Part shown: positions 13,402 through 25,144 of the stretch, in pieces
Numbering within the stretch: the stretch's first letter is position 1
Layout of the letters: each line of letters opens with the position of its first letter
DNA from: Squalus acanthias
Lineage: Eukaryota
Assembly: GCA_030390025.1 (NCBI GenBank)
Contig: CM059431.1
Coordinates: 124,684,001-124,748,000 of the forward strand
Direction of reading: 5' to 3'
DNA length: 64,000 nucleotides
Position numbers and translations under genes: made by a program
Notes under the pieces: model-generated
The model's input: the letters and a program-made list of their open reading frames with translations, nothing else
What the model was told of the DNA's origin: nothing
The model's database searches: none

Positions 13402-14831
13402 TTTCAGTCTGAATGCAATTGTCGGCCCTGGCGAATGGGTGGTGCCTGGGAGTATATTACTGAAATGCTTGTGCCACCTCAGATGCCATGTTATTTTCAT
13501 CTTGGGCAAGTAAAATTAATTTATTTTCAGTTTTATCTTTAACTTTTCAGATATTAGCATTTTAATTTTTTTAAATCATTTTTGAAACTGTTTTTGATAT
13601 CATTTTGCTTCTTTCATTACCCCAATCCCATTTACGGTCTCCGGATTCTCTCCCCAGCCCTCCACGCCAGCCTGTATGCCTTCCATTGTGCTCCACCAGC
13701 AGGTCTTGGTAGTACTCTGTTCACCTACCTTCCCATCGCCCACTTCCCTTCTAGTCCCCCTCTCTCCATCCTTAACTCCCTCCACCCCCTCCTCTCTCCT
13801 CCACACCCTGTCCCACCATACCCTTCTTGCGGTCCCTCCCTTCTCCCTCCTCTCTCTCCCTTGCCCTCCCTCCCTACTTCCTCTCCCTAACCCTGTCCTC
13901 CTGCCCCTCCCACAGTTTTGCTCTACCCCAGCTTATTTGCTGGTTGCAGCATGGCAATGACTTCCCCTGGGCTCCAGCTCCACTCTGATATCATCCAGTG
14001 GTAATTCTCTCCCATCCCCCTGCCTCTAACTCTGCTTGCCTGTCTCCCTCCCAGTGTTTAAGCCTGTTATACCTTCCCCCTCATCCTGACAACCATTAAT
14101 ACTGTCCTACCTTCTCCCACAGCCTCTAACCTGCTCTTTCTCCTTTACCCCAACCTCTAACCATATTCTACTTTCCGCTTTCTCATCTCATGCTTCTAAT
14201 ATTGCAACATGTTGTACCTCTCTCCACACAGACACACCCCCGCCCTTCCACCATATTATTCTGCCTTCTCATCCTTTGCTATCTCTATTGCCCCTGTGTT
14301 CTGTGCTGGCCTACTATGCAGTTATTTAGTCCCTCCCTTTTCTAATTCCTTCCCCGCACTACTGTGGTAGTTTTCCATCTCCCTAGATGCTGTTGCAAAG
14401 GGTCCTATCGTCCATTTGATGAACTCTTTTTCTGCCTCCCCCAATACTGAAATACTTATCCGGTCCTCCTCTCCACTCCCTCCCGATGTAGTTTTTCATC
14501 CTGTGATATTTTCCCAAACTTTGCCTCCCCTTTGCACTTCCCCTCCCTTTACCCAAGGCCCAAATTCCTCCCACCACTCTATAGTCCCCGTTTTGCCCCT
14601 AATCATCCATTTCCATTCCCATTAGAAACATAGAAAAACAATAGGTCAGTCAGCCCGTTGAGCCTGTCTGCCATTCAATTACATCATTGCTATAATGTAT
14701 TATCACATAATTTGTCATATGGTTTAGTATGAACATGCTTAGTTCACTCTGGCCTAGTAAAGCAAGCACATGGACTGGCAACTCATCGTGTTTCTGTCCT
14801 TCATTTGTTCTACCCACATATATTACATTTT

Positions 14832-14849
14832 TGGCGACGAGAATGGAAT
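14832..14849 (+). promoter_or_regulatory. Gypsy PBS, tRNA-Ser(GCU)-like
   Basis: TGGCGACGAGAATGGAAT versus expected TGGCGACGAGGATGGGAT (recalled sequence). Confidence 0.7.
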
Positions 14850-15956
14850 CTCATAGCCATTTCTTGGGATCATGGACGGACACAGTGTTCAACGTTCACG
14901 TGGAAAAGTTTAAAGTACTCATGTAGCGTGCTGAGTCAGTATTTAAGGGGATCGGGACAATCATGGCCACGCCTGTGGGATTCATCGGAAGCCTCGGCAT
15001 GTATGACCGAGCATGCGAACCATTCAGTTCTTACATTGAGTGGATGGAGATGTTTTTTAGGGCCAATAACATTATTGAGACCGAAAGTGCAGATGAGAAT
15101 GTTCAAGCTCAAAATAAAGTAATTTATGAACGGAAGAAAGCAATTTTTCTAATGGCGATCGGGCCAGATGTCTTCGGAATGTTGACAAACCTACTCGCGC
15201 CAGGGAAAGCGAAGGATGCGTCATTTGAAGACATTGTCGAGAAACTCGAGGACCATTTCGACCCAAAGCCATTAGAAATAGCAGAGTGCTATAAGTTTGA
15301 TACCAGAAACCAAAAACAAAGTGAAACCATCAGTGAGTACATTGTAGCTCTTAAAAACCTGTCTTTGCATTGTAACTTCGGCACATTTTTGGATCGTGTG
15401 TTGTGAGATAAGTTTGTGTGTGGACTGGTGGATGAGTGCACATAGTTCAAGTTATATGAACACTCTGAACCTAACATTTGACATAGCATGCAAAGTTGCC
15501 CTATCTATGGTGATGGCATCTAAGAATGCTAGGGAGCTCCATCCAACTCAAGTGATGAGTACAGCTGAGGTCTACAGTCACAAAGTCACCGCCAAACCAA
15601 AAGTTGTGAGACCAAGTCAAAAGCGTGTTGGTGAGAGCAGTTCAATAAATTGTTTTTGCTGCAATGGAAATCACTCACCACAGTCCTGCCAATACAGAAA
15701 TGCAAAGTGTTTTCACTGCCAGAAGCAAGGCCATATTTCAACAGCTTGCAGAGTTAGATTGAAAGCAGGAAGTAAGACCCATTCTAATGGCAATGCAAAG
15801 CAGCGACAACAAAATGGAATAATTCACAATATTGAAGTGAACACACCTGATGTTGAAGAACTAGGCATCTACATATCTATGCCTCTAGCGGCAACGCTAG
15901 CAGTCATGAGACAGACTTCCGTACAACATTTTTAATCAACGGGCAATATATTGATA

Positions 15957-16097
15957 CAAAAGCAAAATACTGTGGATGCTGGAAATCTGAAATAAAAACA
16001 GAAAATGCTGGAAATACTCAGCAGGTCAGGTAGCATCTGTGGAGAGAGAAACAGAGTTAACGTTTCAGGTCAATGACCCTTCGTCAGAACTGACTGA
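15957..16097 (-). mobile_element. Short Penelope pLTR-derived insertion with a hammerhead motif, inside the Gypsy protease region
   Basis: 14-bp TSD GCAATATATTGATA (15943-15956, 16098-16111); minus strand AGTT-CTGACGA-AGGGTCATTGACCT-GAAA-CGTT-AACT. Confidence 0.75.
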
Positions 16098-17956
16098 GCA
16101 ATATATTGATATGTGTATCGGCACGGCGGCGGACTGCTCTATCATGAGTAAGGACACATATGAGAGTAAGTTTAATCAAATACCACTTACAAAGAGTATC
16201 GCAGAGTTAAAAACCTACTCCGGAGACATCATAGAGACATGTGGACATTTGGAATGTACAGTTCAACACAATGGCCAGTCAGTAAAGCTGCTTATTATTG
16301 TAGCGAGCTACAACAACAGGCCAACTCTCATGGGCAATGACTGTTTGAGAAAGCTAAATCTAGACTGGAAAAACATCTTCAGTGTAGATGCTTCAAAGAA
16401 GTGACTCGACACAACACTGAAGAAGTACGACAGCATGTTCACATACAGTTATGAGGTCATCACTGGGTATGGCGCGCATATCCGCATCAAGTCCAATGCA
16501 AAGTCTGTCTATTGTAAGGTAAGGCCAGTCCTCTATGCGTTGAAAAATCGGGTGGAGGAAGAGCTGGCGAAGCTGAGAGAGAACGGAGTGCTAGTAAAAA
16601 CTAACAAAAGTGAATGGGCTACCTCGATTGTGGTAGTGCCCAAAGCAGACAAAACTGTACGTTTGTGCGGTGACTACAAAGTTACTATCAACCAAGCAGT
16701 TGATGATAAGCAGTACCTGTTACCTACATCGCAAGATTTGTATGCAGCACTCTCTGGGTCAAAGGTTTTCTCCAAACTTGACCTGTCGCATGCTTAGGCT
16801 CAGCTGAATGTTGACAAAGAGAGTCAACAGTATCTCACCTTAACATACACAAGGGTCTGTACTTAAACACACAATCTTCCAGGCTACGATAGATAAGATT
16901 TTGCAAGGAATTCCAAATTGCTTATGCAATCAAGACAATGTGCTGATCACAACAAGCAGCGAGGAAGAAAATCTAGAAGTGTTAGATATAGTGCTTCAAA
17001 GGTTGAATGCCCACAATGTCAAATTGAAAAGGAGCAAATGTGCTTTTGTGCAGCCCGAGGTTGTGTACCTTGGTCTGAAAGTTGATGCAAATGGCTTGCA
17101 ACCAGTTAAGGAAAAGGTTGATGCTGTCATCAATGCTCCAAAGCCACAGAACGTGTCTGATTTAAGATCTTTCCTTGGAATGGTCCAGTACTACGTATGT
17201 TTCTTACCTGAGTTAACTAGCTTTTTAGCTCCATTGCATGAACTTCTCAAGAAGGATGTCCAGTGGAAGTGGACGGAAGTGTAGCAGGAAACCTACGAAG
17301 CTTGTAAGAGAAGTCTCTCTAGCAATGCTCTACTTGTGCACTACGACACAGAGCATGAGCTTAAGTTAGCATGTGATGCTTTCAGTGACAGTGTGGGAGC
17401 TGTCATAAGCCACGTAATGGATGACGGCCAAGAGAAACCAATCGCATTCGCATCACGGATCCTCACAAAGAGTGAAAGAAACTACGCACAAATTGAAAAG
17501 GAAGCACTTGCCATAGTGTTTGGAATCAAGAAATTCCAACAGTTCCTGATGGGCAGAAAGTTTACACTGATAACCGATCACAAACCGCTCCTAGCAATAT
17601 TGGGGCCCAAATCTGCCATCCCTGCAATGGCTGCATCAAGAGTGCAACGTTGGGCAGAGTTGTTGTCACACTATGACTACACGATTGAATATTGCACTTC
17701 AAAGCAAAGCAAAATCGCAGATGCCTTGTCCAGGTTGCCACATGAGGACTCATGTGTTGGGAGTGAAAGTGAGATTTTCATGCTAGGTGCAGTTGACAAA
17801 GACTTTCCCGTGAATGCAACTGAGATTGCAGAAGAGACTCAAAAGAACTCAGTGCTGAAAAGAGTGTATGAAAACACCTTGAATGGATGGACTGATCAGT
17901 GTCTGGACACAGAGTTGAAACCATTCCATAACTGTCGTACCAAACTGTCTTGTGGC

Positions 17957-17976
17957 ATGTCAGCTGTGGCTCAGTT

Positions 17977-18007
<31 letters not shown>

Positions 18008-18405
18008 GTGGGTTCCAGGGACTTGAACACATAAAGCTAGGCTGACACTCCAGTGCAGTGCTGAGGGAGTACTGTACTGTCGGAGGTGCCGTCTTTCGGA
18101 TGAGATGTTAAACCGAGGTCTCTCAGGTGGACGTAAAAGATCCCATGGCACTATTTCGAAGAAGTGCCGGGGAGTTATTCCTGGTGTCCTGGCGAATATT
18201 TATCCCTCAATCAACATAACAAAAACAGATTATCTGGTCATTATCACATTGCTGTTTGTGGGAGTTTGCTGTGCGCAAATTGGCTGCCGCGTTTCCCACA
18301 TTGCAACAGTGACTACACTCCAAAAGTACTTAATTGGCTGTAAACGCCTTGAGACATCCGGTGGTTGTGAAAGGCGCTATATAAATGCAAGTCTTTCTTT
18401 CTTTT
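17957..18405 (+). mobile_element. tRNA-derived DeuSINE (SacSINE1-like) inserted in Gypsy pol
   Basis: A-box TGGCTCAGTTGG head, Deu-like core GGAGGTGCCGTCTTTCGGATGAGA, L2-type tail AAAGGCGCTATATAAATGCAAG(TCTT)n. Confidence 0.8.
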
Positions 18406-19658
18406 CAAGGTTGTATCAAGTGGGGAAACAGAATGGTGGTACCTATTTCTTTCAGAGATAGAATTTTGGCCGGACTTCATACTGAGATAGTCACTCAAGT
18501 TGGATTGAAGTGAAACACATGGGTTCAAATACTACAACTGAACATACCGCAGATGAGTTGAGGTCTATCTTTGCATGTCATGGCTTACCTGAAGAGCTTG
18601 TTTCTGACAATGGCCCTCAGTTCTGTTCTGCTCTATTCCAAGAGTTCATGAAATGAAATGGTATCAAACACACTCTTGTTGCACCATATCATCCAGCTTC
18701 AAACGGAGCAGTCGAAAGGTCAATCAGAATAGTAAAAGAAGCTCTCAAAAAGCAAGTGTTGCAGTGTTGCTCGGGACTCAGCATGAAGCAACGTTTGGCA
18801 AATTTCTGCTGAAGTACAGAACTACTCCGCACATTACAACTGGACATACCCCAGCAGAACTCTCGATGAAGAGGAGATTCAGAACGCGAATGAGTTTTGT
18901 TCAATCAAATTTGGCCTCAAGAGTTGAACAGAAACAGTTAAGTCAGAAACGTTATTATGACAGCAAGCAGAAAGAACGCAGTTTCAAACAAAATGCGTGT
19001 GTTCAATTTCTCAGTCTGCCTGGCAAGTTGAGTTCACACAAGTGGGATATAGGAACCATAGTAGAGGTTGATGGAACCAAGAGATATTTGGTTGAAATTG
19101 GTGACAACATCCAAAGTGTTCATATAGATCAAATGATCTCTGCTACAGATGAACCAAGATGTGATCTTGAACCACTTGATCATGAACACATACATGAGTT
19201 TGACTCCATTCAGACTTCAGTAACTGAAGTACCAGGTTCAAACAAATCTGAGATAGAAACAGGATCATCTTTGAGTTCGGAACCAAAACAAAACAGCCTG
19301 AAAGCTGGTTCAACAACAAAACCTTCTGTAAGGAGATCAGGAAGGCTACGCAAACCTGTTATTAAGCTGGATTTGTAGTTCATTTGTAGGATTTGTAGTG
19401 CATTTAGAAGAAAAAAAGCCAGGAGTTTTTGTTATGTGGTACATGTAATGCTGGGAAAGGTGGGACCATAGTTTTGTTGTATTTGAGAGGGGAATACATA
19501 CATTTTTTAAGGGGAAAGCAGTGTAATGCATTATCACATGGTTTGTCACATGGTTTAGTATGGGCATGCTCAGTACGCTCTGGCCTAGTAAAGCAAGCAT
19601 GTGGACTAGCAACTCATGCTGTCTCTGTCCTTCATTTGTTCTACCCACATATATTACA

Positions 19659-19912
19659 ATTGCCACTCTGTACCTCAACTCTATTTACCCACCTTTGTTC
19701 TGTATCCCTTCATACCCTTACCCAATAAAATCCTATCGATCTCAGTCTTGATAATTTTAACTGACCCATCATCCACAGCCTCTTGGGGAGAGAGTTCCAG
19801 ATTTCCACTACCCTTAGCAAGAAAACATACTTCCTGATTTCACTCCTAAATGGCTTAGCTCTAATTTTAAGATTAAGCCCTCTAGTTCTATATTCCCCCA
19901 TCATAGGAAATA
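19659..19912 (-). mobile_element. CR1 LINE 3' fragment; its tail continues at 14622-14690 on the other side of the Gypsy element
   Basis: TRGLNLKIRAKPFRSEIRKY..RVVEIWNSLP motif. Confidence 0.75.
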
Positions 19913-19992
19913 GTAGGGTAAAAATTTGTCTGGACCCTTTTTTGGGCCAAAAATTGGTGCTGCCCAGCAATGGTGCACTCCAACCGGAAATT

Positions 19993-21560
19993 ATAGAATC
20001 ATAGAATGCTTACAGCACAGAAGGAGGCCATCCGGCCTGTTGAGCCCGTGCTGGCTCTCTGCAAGAGCACTGCAGCTAGTCCCACTCCCCCGTTGTTTTC
20101 CTGTAGCCCTGCAACCCTGTACATTTTTAAAATTCAGGTACTTATCCAATTCCCTTTTGAAAGCCGTGATTGAATCTGCTTCCACCACCCTCTCAGGCAG
20201 TGCATTCCAGATCCTAACCAGTCGTTGCGTAAAAAAGTTTTTCCTCATGTCGCCTTTGGTTCTTCTGCCAATCACCTTAAATCTGTGTCCTCTGGTTCTC
20301 GACCCTTCTGCCAATGGGAACAGTTTCTCTCCATCTACTCTGTCTAGACCCCTCATGGTTTTGAACACATCTAGCAAATCTCCTCTCAAACTTCTCTGCT
20401 CTAAGGAGAACAAGCCCAGCTTCTCCAGCCTATCCACATAACTGAAGTCCCTCATCCCTGGAACCATTCTTGTAAATCTTTTCTGCACCCTCTCTAAGGC
20501 CTTCACACCTTCCTAAAGTGCAGTGCCCAGAATTGGACACAATACTCCAGTTGAGGTCGGACCAGTGTTTTATAAAGCTTCATCATAACTTCCTTGCTTT
20601 TGTATTCTATGCATCTATTTATGAAGCCCAGAATCCCATATGCATTTTTAACCGCTTTCTCAACCTGCCCTGCCACCTTCAATGATTTGTGCACATATAC
20701 CCCAGGTCTCTCTGTTCATGCACCCCTTTAGAATTGTACCATTTAGTTTATATTGCCTCTCCTCATTCTTCCTACCTGACATAAGAAAACTACTCGGCAC
20801 TTGGTCTAAGCGTTAAACAAAGTTTTAACCAACTGTTTTACAACATGGAGGTCTGGTTGTGTCCTTTAGTAGTTCCTGTTAAGAATGTCCTGCGCAAGCT
20901 GGGCCCGTGCCCGTGTATTTATACTCTCCCTGGACAGCGCCACCAGCAGGCCGCCCAGTATTATTTCATAAGTCATTTCCACATGAATGACAAGATTCAT
21001 GTCACTACCGAAATGTATCACTTCGCACTTTTCTGCGTTAAATTTCATCTGCCACATGTCCGCCCATTCCACCAGCCTGTCTATGTCCTCCTGAAGTCTA
21101 TCACTATCCTCCTCACTGTTCACTAAACTTCCAATTTTTTTGTCATCTACAAATTTTGAAATTGTGCTCTGTACACCCAAGTCCAAGTCATTGCTATATA
21201 GCAAGAAAAGCAGTAGTCCTAGTACCGACCCCTGGGGAACACCACTGTACACCTTCCTCGAAAAAACAACCATTCACCACTACTCTCTGTTTCCTTTCAC
21301 TTAGTCAATTTCGTATCCATGCTGCCAGTATCCCTTTTATTCCATGGGCTTCAACTTTGCTGACAAGCCGATTATGTGGCACTTTATCAAACGCCTTTTG
21401 GAAGTCCATGTACACCACATCAAGCGCATTGCCCTCATCAACCCTCTCTGTTACCCCATCAAAAAACTCAATCAAGTTAGTTAAACACGATTTGCTTTTA
21501 ACAAATTCATGCTGGCTTTCCTTAATTAATCCACACTTGTCCAAGTGACTATTAATTTTG
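19993..21560 (-). mobile_element. CR1 LINE ORF2 (RT) 3' fragment, degraded, interrupted by a solo LTR
   Basis: [46 protein letters not shown] motifs; (ATTCTATG)-type tail. Confidence 0.92.
20777..21004 (-). repeat. Solo LTR (228 bp) of an unidentified LTR retrotransposon
   Basis: TGACAT...ATGTCA termini; 5-bp TSD CTACC (20772-20776, 21005-21009); TATAAATA on minus strand. Confidence 0.85.
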
Positions 21561-21737
21561 TCCCGGATTGGCCCTTGGGTATCATTGCAATCATTTGGCA
21601 AGCCAATCATGCTTACAGGGGCAACTCACCCATTTTGGAAAACTAATTTTGGGTTGTTTGCCTCGCCGGCAGCGGACCTCAGGGAAGTGTTGGGAAGGTA
21701 GAGATCGGCCAATGGCAGCCAGCAGCAGCCATCAGGT

Positions 21738-21942
21738 GTGTTGTGGAGCCAAGAGGAGCTCTCCTACTCCACCTGGTGTGTTGTGGAGCAAGGAGGAGCT
21801 CTCCTACTCCACCTGGTGTGTTGTGGAGCCAGGAGGAGCTCTCCTACTCCACCTGGTGTGTTGTGGAGCAAGGAGGAGCTCTCTTACTCCACCTGGTGTG
21901 TTGTGGAGCCAGGAGGAGCTCTCCTACTCCACCTGGCTCCAC
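21738..21942. repeat. Minisatellite, 5 copies of a 40-bp unit
   Basis: Unit TTGTGGAGC(C/A)AGGAGGAGCTCTCCTACTCCACCTGGTGTG at 21741, 21781, 21821, 21861, 21901. Confidence 0.95.
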
Positions 21943-22859
21943 AGCAATTTCAAAAAATGACTTACCCATTTTGGCAGCGGCCACTGGCTGAGCCGCCTCC
22001 AATGCTGGAAAACCTGAGCGGTGCAGTTCGCCGCCTACTTCTCTCAGAGCAGTCCAATTTCTCTGTGGGTACCTGAAAACAAGCGTTAGGACCCTCATTA
22101 GCATACAAAGGGGCCTGTCGCCCACTTACAACAACCACCTGAAAATGACCCAACCCAATTTCAGGCTGAATATTGTTCAGGTATTCTTGGGGCATTCGGC
22201 CTTGTAATGCACGTTTTACCCCAGTTTCTCTGTATCAACCCTGTCAAAGTAGTTTATCATATTAAACACCTTAAAGGACTACAAGCCAAGTTTATGCAAC
22301 CTTTCCTCATAATTTAACCCTCTAAGGATGGTATCATTCTGGTGAATCTGTACTGTACCCCCTCCAAGGCCAATATATATTTCCTGAGACTTTATAAGCA
22401 AAGGACAAAAGAATGTACACCTACAAAGGGAGAAAGGTGAAAAGACACATCAGAGATCCATGTACAAGCAAAACATGAGAAATGAAAGAGAAAAAAAGCA
22501 ACAGATGCAGCAGATATAAAATCAAAACAAAAAATGCAGGATAAACACAATGGGGGCGAAATTGGATAGCTCCCGAAAACGGGCGTGGGGATCGCGATGC
22601 ATAATTACCCCATGCCCGTTCAATGTAATGCAGGCAGCACGCCATCTTCATGCTGCCTGCTCATTAGCATGATTTCTAACCATGCTGTTGATTGGCTGCA
22701 TGCAGCAGCAGGGGGCCAAAATCGATACTTGCTAGCACTACTTAGAGCTAGCCTGCACTGTTTAAAGTTAGCCTGTGCCTCTTAAAGGGGAGGTGCATTG
22801 TAGCTGGAGCAGGTGCTGTTGTCCTTTTGAACTGAATCTGACCTGGGAATGACAGACGA

Positions 22860-23383
22860 ATGGCTGAACATGGGAGAGAGCAAGCAGCCAGGATTTCCGA
22901 CGCTGCACTTGAGGTCTTGGTGGAGGAGGTGGAAAGGAGAGGAGACGTCCTGAATCTGCAGGGGGCCAGGAGGCCCTCCAGACACATGATGAAAAGGCAG
23001 TGGGAGCAGATAGCCATGGAGGTCAATGCCATGAGTTTAGTCCCAAGGATGCAGTGCCGCAAGGTGTCTAATGACCTCACATGAGTGGTCAAGGTCAGTG
23101 AATGCATCTTCAAATGACATATCCTACCAACTGCACCACTAGCCTCAGCCACTGCTCAAATCACCACACCCCCATCACTCACCTCCCAACAATCTCTATC
23201 AATCAGGACTCATAGCTAACATCTAATTGCTTCACATCACCCTCACACACTTAGCACTGCTGCAAGCCTCACACCCACATCCCACAGCTTGCACACACTG
23301 CCAGCCACATCACCCAAACATACTGTACGACACTCACTGACACAATTTTCTATCTCCTGCAGGAGAAGGTGGCACACAACCAT
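22860..23383 (+). pseudogene. Harbinger-associated Myb/SANT-like DNA-binding gene remnant (exon 22860-23093, intron 23094-23362, exon 2 from 23363)
   Basis: ARISDAALEVLVEEV..RQWEQIA..QCRKVSNDLT; AAG|GTCAGT donor and TCTCCTGCAG| acceptor; same structure on the minus strand at ~31570-32100. Confidence 0.75.
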
Positions 23384-25144
23384 ATGTCCATCATGGCACT
23401 CTACACCAGTATCCCCCACGATGATGGCATCGCTGTGACAGCCTCAGTACTCAACACCAACAACAGCCAATCTCCAGAAGCCATCCTACAACTCATCCGC
23501 TTCATCCTTGACCACAATGTCTTCACCTTCGACAGCCATTTTTTTACCCAAACACACGGAACAGCCATGGGGACCAAATTCGCACCCCAATATGCCAACA
23601 TCTTCATGCACAAGTTCGAGCAAGACTTCTTCGCTGCACAGGACCTCCAACCAACGCTGTACACCAGATACATCGACGACATTTTCTTCCTTTGGACCCA
23701 CGGTGATGGATCACTGAAAAGACTACACGATAACATCAACAAGTTCCATCCTACCATCAAACTCACCATGGACTACTCCTCAGAATCGGTTTCATTCCTG
23801 GACACACGAATCTCCATCAAAGACGGACACCTCAGCACTTCACTCTACCGCAAGCCCACGGACAACCTCACGATGCTCCACTTCTCCAGCTTCCACCCTA
23901 ACCACGTTAACGAAGCCATCCCATATGGACAAGCCCTGCGAATACACAGGATCTGCTCAGACGAGGAGGAACGCGATGGACACCTATGGACGCTGAAAGA
24001 CGCCCTCGTAAGAACGGGATATGACGCTCGACTCATCGATCGACAGTTCCGACGGGCCGCAGCGAAAAATCGCATAGACCTCCTCAGAAGGCGAACACGG
24101 GACACAACCAACAGGATACCCTACGTCGTCCAGTACTTCCCTGGAGCGGAGAAACCACGTCATGTTCTTCGCAGCCTTCAACATGTCATCGATGACGACG
24201 AACACCTCGCTAAGGCCATCCCCACGCCTCCACTACTCGCCTTCAAACAGCCGCCTAACCTCAAAAGTACCATCGTTCGCAGCAAATTACCCAGCTTTCA
24301 GGAGAACAGCGACCACGACACCACACAACCCTGCCACGGCAACCTCTGCAAGACATGCCAGATCATCAACACAGATACCATCATCACACGTGAGGACACT
24401 ACCCACCAGGTACATGGTACATACTCATGTGACTCGGCCAACGTTGTCTACCTCATACGTTGCAGGAAAGGATGCACCGGAGCATGGTACATCGGCAAGA
24501 CCATGCAGACACTGAGACAACGTATGAACGGACACCGTGCAACAATCGCCAGGCAGGATTGTTACCTCCCAGTCGGGGAACACTTCAGCAGTCAAGGACA
24601 TTCAGCCTCGGATCTGCGGGTAAGCGTTCTCCAAGACGGCCTTCAAGACACACGACAACGCAAAATCATCGAGCAGAAACTGATAGCCAAGTTCCGCACC
24701 CATGAGGACGGCCTCAACCGGGATCTTGGGTTCATGTCACGCTGCATGACGTAGAGTCATCCAGACTTGAGTCGTCGTTGGCTTGTTCACAGATGTGATT
24801 TCCATTTAAAAAAAAGTAAAATTTTTAAAGTTTATACAGACTGCATTTGACACATTAGACCCCCTGTGACCCCACCTCATTGTCTTAGCTGTATCTTGCT
24901 ATGTCTTTGATATAATGCCTTCCTGACCTGATTGTATCTCTGCCGAGGTGTGATAAAAGGCAGTCAGAAAGATTAACTGTAGTCGTCTGATATAGTACGC
25001 TACACAGGCATTGTTCTCTGTCTATATATGCTTTGCCGATTCATATTCCTTCACTTCACCTGACGAAGGGGCAGCAGCTCCGAAAGCTTGTCATCTCAAA
25101 TAAAACTGTTGGACTATAACCTGGTGTTGTGCGACTTCTGACTT
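23384..25144 (+). mobile_element. 5'-truncated Penelope-like element: RT C-terminal part plus GIY-YIG endonuclease (ORF ends 24754) and 3' pLTR
   Basis: GTAMG, YIDD, LYRKPT; VVYLIRC..WYIGKT..LRQRMNGH GIY-YIG; hammerhead core at ~25056-25094. Confidence 0.93.

Larger units (their letters stand above)
14963..19378 (+). pseudogene. Gypsy gag-pol, with many stops, frameshifts and two insertions
   Basis: Two zinc knuckles (CFCCNGNHSPQSC, CFHCQKQGHISTAC), VRLCGDYK RT, YAQIEKEALA RNase H, SDNGPQF integrase region. Confidence 0.9.
14691..19658 (+). mobile_element. Old full-length Ty3/Gypsy LTR retrotransposon (Mag-like) inserted in a CR1 3' end
   Basis: 137-bp LTRs at 14691-14827 and 19522-19658 (~16 mismatches by eye); 5-bp TSD ATTGC; PBS at 14832; PPT AAGGGGAAAGCAG at 19509-19521. 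Confidence 0.93.

Noticed and set aside
13600..14620. Pro/Leu/Ser-rich ORFs
   Set aside because: Pyrimidine-rich low-complexity sequence.
17957..18030. tRNA gene
   Set aside because: It is the tRNA-derived head of a SINE, with a degenerate B box and no full cloverleaf.
21738..21942. 40-bp repeat array as a CRISPR array
   Set aside because: No unique spacers, no cas genes, and a eukaryotic context.
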